Virus record (IMG/VR): IMGVR_UViG_3300031547_000001
From: an uncultured virus (IMG/VR IMGVR_UViG_3300031547_000001)
Lineage: Duplodnaviria; Heunggongvirae; Uroviricota; Caudoviricetes
Strand: one strand, 5' to 3'
Length of the DNA stretch: 20,000 nucleotides
Positions 14,302 through 20,000 of the stretch are shown here, piece after piece; positions within the stretch are counted from its first letter, which is position 1; each line of letters starts with the position of its first letter. The position numbers were made by a program, and so were the translations under genes. The notes under the pieces are model-generated. The model did no database searches. It had not been told where the DNA came from and worked only from the letters and a program-made list of their open reading frames with translations.

Positions 14302-16024
14302 GATCGATGCCGACCTCGGCGCCACGTCCCAGACAATCAACAGCGCGGCCGACAGCCTGGACGACCTGGGCGACGCGGCCAATGCTGCGGGCTCCGACCT
14401 TGACGCGGCGGGGCAGGATGCCCAGGACAGCGGCCGTGGAATGCAGGCGATGGGCGTCGCCGCGCTGGGTGCAGGAGCCGCGATGGCTGACCTCGGTCAG
14501 ACCGTCCAGGCGGCCTCCGACCTGTACAACATCGCCGACCGCCGGGCAGCCGCCCTGGCACAGGCACAGCTCGATGTTGAGCAGTCCTCGCAGGACATGG
14601 AGCAGGCTCAGCGTGATGCGAGCCAGGCGACCATCGACCTGAAGCAGGCGAACGTCGACCTCAAGCAGGCGACGCTGGATGTCAACCAGGCCCAGAAGGA
14701 CGGAGTCCAGGCGGGCATCGACGTCGAGCAGGCGGCCATCGACAAGAGGGCCGCGCAGGAGGACTACAACGACGCGGTCAAGGAGTTCGGCCCGGCCTCG
14801 GTTGAGGCGGCTCAGGCCGCGCTCGACATGAAGCAGGCGGACGCCGACGCGGCTCAGGCCAAGCAGGACATGGAGCAGGCAACCCTCGACGGCGAGCAGG
14901 CTCTCACCGACGGCCTGAACGCGCAGGAGGCCAGCAAGCAGGCCGTCATGGACGGCAAGCAGGCGACTCTCGATGCCAAGCAGGCACAGCTGGATCTCAA
15001 CGAGGCTCAGCGAGCGGCATCGGCTGCAGAGCTCAACAGCTCATGGATCGGCATCGCGTCGTCTCTGACCTCCACGCTCTTCGGCCTCGTCGGCATGTTC
15101 TCCATCCTCGGCACGGCCTGGATCGGCACTGCCGCTACTGCCGTCGCCACGGCTGCGACCACCGCCACGGCCTGGGTAGGCTCGATGCTGACGATGGCGG
15201 CAACGGCCGTAACCACCGCTGTAACGACCGCAACGGCATGGGTGAGTGCCTGGGTCACGATGGGCGTGCAAGCGCTCGCTAACGCGGCCAGGGTGGCCCT
15301 CGCATGGATCATCGCGATGGGTCCGATCATCCTGATCATCGCGGCCGTCGTCGCACTGGTGGCCCTGATCATCTACAACTGGGACACCATCTGGGCCTAC
15401 ACCAAGAAGATCTGGGGATACGTCTGGGAGTTCCTCAAGGGGCTCTGGGACATGATCGTCAAGGTCTTCGTCGGTGCATTCGATCTGATCAAGTACCTGT
15501 TCTTCAACTTCAACCCGCTGGGCATCATCATCAAGAACTGGGGTCCGATCACGGACTTCATCAGTCAGCAGTGGGACAACATCGTGCGCAAGGTCTCGGG
15601 TGCCGTCTCCAGCATCAAGGGATTCTTCCACGGCATGTGGGACGGCGTTGTGGCGGGCCTCAAGTGGGCGCTCAACAACATCATCTCCACGCTCAACAAT
15701 GGCATCTACGGAGTCAACCGGCTCATCGGTGGTGCTAACCGAATCCCTGGCGTCAACATTCCGTTCATTCCCTACATCCCCTTCCTCGCAGAGGGCGGCG
15801 TCACGACCGGGCCGACAATGGCCATGATCGGTGAAGGCCGTGAGCAGGAAGCCGTCCTTCCGCTGAGCAAGCTCCAGGGTATGCTTGACATGGCGGGAAG
15901 CGGCGGCGGACAGGCCGGACTCGTGTTCGAGTTCCGAGGTGGAAGCCGTGCCTTCCGGGAGTTCTTCCAGGAGTCCGTCCGCACCACCGCCGGTGGAAGT
16001 GTAGTCAAGTTCGCGGAGGGATAA
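14282..16024 (+). CDS. Tape measure protein (short, about 580 aa)
   Basis: TTG 14282 with SD GGAGGTG at 14269-14275. Contains Ala/Gln heptads, Trp-periodic and hydrophobic segments, and C-terminal LAEGG...AMIGEGREQEAVLPL. Confidence 0.9.
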   Translation: MSDVVIEIDADLGATSQTINSAADSLDDLGDAANAAGSDLDAAGQDAQDSGRGMQAMGVAALGAGAAMADLGQTVQAASDLYNIADRRAAALAQAQLDVEQSSQDMEQAQRDASQATIDLKQANVDLKQATLDVNQAQKDGVQAGIDVEQAAIDKRAAQEDYNDAVKEFGPASVEAAQAALDMKQADADAAQAKQDMEQATLDGEQALTDGLNAQEASKQAVMDGKQATLDAKQAQLDLNEAQRAASAAELNSSWIGIASSLTSTLFGLVGMFSILGTAWIGTAATAVATAATTATAWVGSMLTMAATAVTTAVTTATAWVSAWVTMGVQALANAARVALAWIIAMGPIILIIAAVVALVALIIYNWDTIWAYTKKIWGYVWEFLKGLWDMIVKVFVGAFDLIKYLFFNFNPLGIIIKNWGPITDFISQQWDNIVRKVSGAVSSIKGFFHGMWDGVVAGLKWALNNIISTLNNGIYGVNRLIGGANRIPGVNIPFIPYIPFLAEGGVTTGPTMAMIGEGREQEAVLPLSKLQGMLDMAGSGGGQAGLVFEFRGGSRAFREFFQESVRTTAGGSVVKFAEG

Positions 16025-16027
16025 GAG

Positions 16028-19000
16028 ATGCCGAGTCTGCCCCCGGACGTGAAGGGGTATCTGTTCTACGACGGCGTGTGGAACGACGTCAGCAACAAGA
16101 TGCGCCAGACCAGTCCGATCACCATTACCCGTGGCGCCGATAGCGAGCAGGGTGAGAACAGCCCGACCAAGGCTGAGCTCGTTATGGACAACCGTTCGGG
16201 GGCATTCAGCCCGCGCAATCCGGAGAGCCCGCTCTTCGGCAAGATCGGTCGCAACACGCCGATGCGGATCGCCATCGAGGCCGGTCCGCCGTACCTGCTC
16301 ATCCCCTTCCAGAGCCTGTTCAACGACAGCGCTCTGGTTGCGCAGGACTCGGCCCAGATGGACTTCACCGGAGACGTCGATCTCCGCATCGAGCTTTCGT
16401 CCAACGACTTCGCGACGTACGACGTTGGCTCGGCTCTCGGCTTCGCGAGCCGCTGGGAGTTCACCGGCAACAACAGGTGCTGGTGGTGGGGTCGGAGCCA
16501 GCAGGGCAACATGTACTTCGCCTGGACCGAGGACGGCCTGCTCATCGGTACCGGCGGGTCCGTCTCCTCGACCGCGCCCATCCCGTTCTTCAATGGTGAG
16601 CGCGTCGCCATGCGTGTCACCGTTGACGTCAACAATGGCGCCGGTGGATACACTGTTCGGTTCTACTACTCGAACCAGATCGACGGCGAATGGGTGCAGC
16701 TGGGCGACGACGTCGTCAACACCTCTGCCGGTGCAACCTTCATCTTCAACGGCAACGGCGACGCCGACATCTGGATCGGCGACGCTGCAGAGTCCATGCC
16801 TGCAACCGGCGGATCCGTCGACATGATCGATGGCAAGCTGTACGCCTTCCAGATGCGCCAGGGCATCAACGGTCCGCTCATGATCGACTTCGACGCGGCT
16901 CGTGACGCGGAGGCCGGAGACACGGCGATCGTCGACGGTTCCGGACAGGCCTGGGCCGTCCAGGAGGACGCGACGTTCTCCAACGAGTACGTTCGCATCC
17001 ACGGCGAGGTGCCCTCCTGGCCGCCGGACCGGGACCTGACCGGCAACAACAAGTTCTCCGAGATCCAGCCGACCGGTGTCACTCGTCGCCTTGACGCGGG
17101 TAACAAGCCGCTGGAGTCCGCTCTGCTGCGCTACCTTCGCTCCATCGAGGGGCAGCCGATCGACTGCTGGCCGATGATCGATGGTGTGCAGGCTCAGGGA
17201 GCCGCGTCCCTCAACGGAGGACAGGCGGCGAACTTCTGGGAGCGAGTCGGCACTCTGCAGTTCGCCATCGCGAACGAGAAGTACGAGTGGGCCAGCGGCA
17301 CCATCGCGAGCTGGCTGGAGCCGGTTGGTATCGCTGCCGAAGCCACCGCCGGTTACCTCCTGGCAGAGTGCCGGGAGGACGCCACGGCTGACACCTCCTG
17401 GGCTGTCGATGTCTTCTTCACGGACTGCAACGACAGCATTCCCGAGTTCGAGTACACTGACCGAACCGTGGCCACCGACGTGGACGGGACGGTCACCTGG
17501 CTCCTGTCGCTCAACCGAGACAGTGACGCCCTCGACTTGATCTTCCAGACTCGCACGGAAGGCGCCGGTTCGACCGCTCTTCTCGAGCACATCCTCGCGC
17601 CCGGCATCTTCGACAAGCAGCCGCACTTCATTCGTCTGCAGGTAGACCCGGGTGCAAACAGCGACTACTTCCTCTATGTCGACGGAGTTCTCGTTGCGGC
17701 CGGAACCTATCCCGTTCCGTCTCGGCAGCTCAAGCAGCTCAAGTTCAACTGGTTCCTGGACAGCGAGCCCTTCGTCGGATTCCCGTACGGATTCATCACG
17801 TACTGGGGTCTCAACTATCCGACGGTCGAGTCTGTGTACAATGCATTCCTCGGATTCCCCGGCGACAAGACCGGCACCCGATTCGAGCGACTCATGGACG
17901 AGCAGGGGCTCGTCGCCGGGATCGGAAGCAACGGCGGGTCCAGCGGAGAGCAGCAGTTCCAGGAGGAGATGGGAACGCAGGGGCTGAAGAAGTTCATCGA
18001 CCTTCTCCAGCAGTGCGCGAGCTCCGACATTGGCATCTTCGCCGAGATGCGAGATGACGAGCACCTGTATCTGCGAGCTCGATCCACGCTGTACAATCAG
18101 GCGCCCCGGTTCACGCTGGACTTCTCCGAGGGCGTCATCAGCGCGCCGTTCAAGCCGCTCGACGACGACAAGCTGACCGAGAACGACGTCCAGGTGACGC
18201 GCATCGGCGGATCCAACAGCAAGTCGGTCGACACGACGAGCAACATGTCGATCCAGGATCCTCCGAACGGCGTGGGCCGGTACGACGTCAACAAGGAGTT
18301 GTCGCTGTACCAGGACGCTCAGACGGCCAACCTGGCTGGCTGGTTCCTGCACATGGGCACCTTCGACGGGCTCCGATACACCCGGCTGACCGTCGACCTG
18401 GCGAACCCGCGCGTCTTCGAGATGTTCCCGCAGATCATGAACACAGACCTCGGCGACGTCATCCGGATCACCAACCTGCCGAAGCAGTACGGACCGGACG
18501 ATGTCGACCTGATCGTGCGCGGGTACACAGAGGAGATCGGGCCGGACGCCTGGAAGATCACCTTCAACTGCTCGCCCGGCGAGACCTTCCAGGTCGCCTC
18601 TGCGGTCCTCGATATCCACGAGGACTTCGAGGACGCCATCCTCAATGTCGACTTCACGAACGCTGGCTCCGCCTCCTGGGCTCGCAGCACCAACTTCGCC
18701 CACACCGGAATCAACTCCTACAAGTCCGGCGCCATCGCGGCTAGCCAGACGTCTGACTGGGTCGTCACCGTTCCCAAGGGTTCGGAGAAGGTCGAGTTCT
18801 GGTACAAGACGGACTCGTCCTCGGCCGGGACCGGCGACCGTCTGATCGTGCTCGTGAACGCGGCCACGGTCCTCACGACCTCTGGCATCGGCGAGTGGAC
18901 GGTGTTCTCGGCTGATGTGTCAGCTGCAACCACCGTGACGTTCCGGTACGCCAAGGATGCAGCAACCACCGCAGGGACGGACGCGGTCTACATCGACGGT

Positions 19001-19927
19001 CTCCGGTTCCGGATCACGAGCCCGTACGGCGCCAACGCTGACACAGACGGTTCGGCCCTGTCCGAGGCGATCAACACCGTCGACACGAGCTTCCTCGTGG
19101 AGACGAACAGCACAACGGACCGCTACTGGGTCTCCAACTACGACAGTCCGGCGGACTTCCCGTTCGACGTGAAGATGGGAGGCGAGCGGCTGCAGGTCAA
19201 CAGCATCATGCCTCCTCTCGCCGATCAGTACAGCCGGACGACCGCCAACACCTGGGACGGTCCGACCGTGGGCCCGTCCTGGCAGCAGTCTGGCGGTGTG
19301 GCGGCCGACTACAACACGACGGGTACGACTGGAACGCACACGCTCTCGACCGTCAACGTGTCGCGCCGTAGCTTCATCGACTGGGATGTCGAACCGGACT
19401 GCGACGTGTACGTCGACGTGGGCGTCTCGGCCGTGGCCACGGGCGGCAGCATCTTCGGCGGTCCGACGCTCCGACACCAGGGTGCCAACGACCTGTACAT
19501 GTGGCGTGTCGACTTCAACACGAGCGGCAACATCGTCTGCACTCTCCGCAAGCGCGTCGCGAGCGTCGAGACGTCCCTGGTGACGTTCACGCCCAACATC
19601 CCGTATGTCGCCAACACGATGGTGCGGACGCGCTTCCAGGTCAAGGGCACCCGGCTCCGCGCCAAGGTCTGGCTCGCGACCGAGGGCGAGCCGAACAACT
19701 GGCAGGCCACCGTGACCGACGCGGACCGAGCCGACTCGCCGTTCATCGGCCTCCGCTCGATCTCTGCGACCGGCAACACCAACGTCAACCCGCTGGTCAT
19801 CTACGACAACTACGTTATGGTTAGCCCTCAGCAGTTCACCGTGCTCCGGTCTCAGAACGGCGTCGTCAAGTCCCAGACGATCGGCACCGCAGTCGAGCTG
19901 TTCAAGACCCCGATCGTTCCCCTGTAG
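16028..19927 (+). CDS. Large multidomain tail-tip/minor tail protein
   Basis: 1299 aa immediately after the tape measure. The N-terminus ITITRG...MDNRSGAFSPRNP.SPLFGKIGRNTP is followed by several beta-sandwich-like segments. Confidence 0.85.
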   Translation: MPSLPPDVKGYLFYDGVWNDVSNKMRQTSPITITRGADSEQGENSPTKAELVMDNRSGAFSPRNPESPLFGKIGRNTPMRIAIEAGPPYLLIPFQSLFNDSALVAQDSAQMDFTGDVDLRIELSSNDFATYDVGSALGFASRWEFTGNNRCWWWGRSQQGNMYFAWTEDGLLIGTGGSVSSTAPIPFFNGERVAMRVTVDVNNGAGGYTVRFYYSNQIDGEWVQLGDDVVNTSAGATFIFNGNGDADIWIGDAAESMPATGGSVDMIDGKLYAFQMRQGINGPLMIDFDAARDAEAGDTAIVDGSGQAWAVQEDATFSNEYVRIHGEVPSWPPDRDLTGNNKFSEIQPTGVTRRLDAGNKPLESALLRYLRSIEGQPIDCWPMIDGVQAQGAASLNGGQAANFWERVGTLQFAIANEKYEWASGTIASWLEPVGIAAEATAGYLLAECREDATADTSWAVDVFFTDCNDSIPEFEYTDRTVATDVDGTVTWLLSLNRDSDALDLIFQTRTEGAGSTALLEHILAPGIFDKQPHFIRLQVDPGANSDYFLYVDGVLVAAGTYPVPSRQLKQLKFNWFLDSEPFVGFPYGFITYWGLNYPTVESVYNAFLGFPGDKTGTRFERLMDEQGLVAGIGSNGGSSGEQQFQEEMGTQGLKKFIDLLQQCASSDIGIFAEMRDDEHLYLRARSTLYNQAPRFTLDFSEGVISAPFKPLDDDKLTENDVQVTRIGGSNSKSVDTTSNMSIQDPPNGVGRYDVNKELSLYQDAQTANLAGWFLHMGTFDGLRYTRLTVDLANPRVFEMFPQIMNTDLGDVIRITNLPKQYGPDDVDLIVRGYTEEIGPDAWKITFNCSPGETFQVASAVLDIHEDFEDAILNVDFTNAGSASWARSTNFAHTGINSYKSGAIAASQTSDWVVTVPKGSEKVEFWYKTDSSSAGTGDRLIVLVNAATVLTTSGIGEWTVFSADVSAATTVTFRYAKDAATTAGTDAVYIDGLRFRITSPYGANADTDGSALSEAINTVDTSFLVETNSTTDRYWVSNYDSPADFPFDVKMGGERLQVNSIMPPLADQYSRTTANTWDGPTVGPSWQQSGGVAADYNTTGTTGTHTLSTVNVSRRSFIDWDVEPDCDVYVDVGVSAVATGGSIFGGPTLRHQGANDLYMWRVDFNTSGNIVCTLRKRVASVETSLVTFTPNIPYVANTMVRTRFQVKGTRLRAKVWLATEGEPNNWQATVTDADRADSPFIGLRSISATGNTNVNPLVIYDNYVMVSPQQFTVLRSQNGVVKSQTIGTAVELFKTPIVPL

Positions 19928-19935
19928 GAGGGCAG

Positions 19936-20000
19936 ATGACCAACTGGCTCGCCGGGATGCGGCTCACCGCCGACCGGCTCAACGACAACACGCTCCAGAC
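19936..20000 (+). CDS. Minor tail protein, N-terminus (partial)
   Basis: SD AGGAGG and ATG 19936. MTNWLAGMRLTADRLN matches the WxAGxxxTAxxLN start common in actinophage minor tail proteins. Confidence 0.75.
   Translation, partial: MTNWLAGMRLTADRLNDNTLQ

Larger units (their letters stand above)
1..20000. mobile_element. Tailed phage (siphovirus-type) genome segment, likely actinobacteriophage
   Basis: Canonical order terminase-portal-head-neck-tail tube-frameshifted chaperones-tape measure-tail tip. High GC with strong GC3 bias. No sheath gene and no recognisable host genes. Free phage and prophage cannot be told apart from this window. Confidence 0.95.

Noticed and set aside
15041..18703. 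1220-aa minus-strand ORF
   Set aside because: Antisense shadow of the tape measure and tail-tip genes, for the same reason.

Overview
This window is high-GC tailed-phage DNA. Gene content, order and motifs indicate a siphovirus of an actinobacterial, probably Streptomyces-like, host. From about 2.1 kb to the end it is one rightward virion operon: TerS, five small unknown ORFs, TerL, portal, MuF-like head protein, scaffold, a small DUF305-like ORF, major capsid, neck genes, tail tube, frameshifted tail chaperones, a short tape measure, a 1299-aa tail-tip protein and the start of another tail gene. The left end is a divergent leftward unit. It has a small acidic-tailed protein and a TOPRIM primase that runs off the window and is absent from the ORF track; its CHC2-like zinc finger lies after the TOPRIM domain. 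Between the two units is a roughly symmetric 450-bp non-coding region. It is bounded by inverted GGGTATAGTT (-10-containing) motifs and holds about 11 ATCCG-core repeats around a central hairpin, making it a candidate origin or packaging site. The most interesting observations are a shared [FW]HxxGG motif ending at residue 49 in both scaffold and capsid, a ferritin-like DUF305 half-domain gene in the capsid module, a G-quadruplex/hairpin element after terS, and a structured leader before the capsid gene. All family assignments are from motif recognition by eye; no searches were run.
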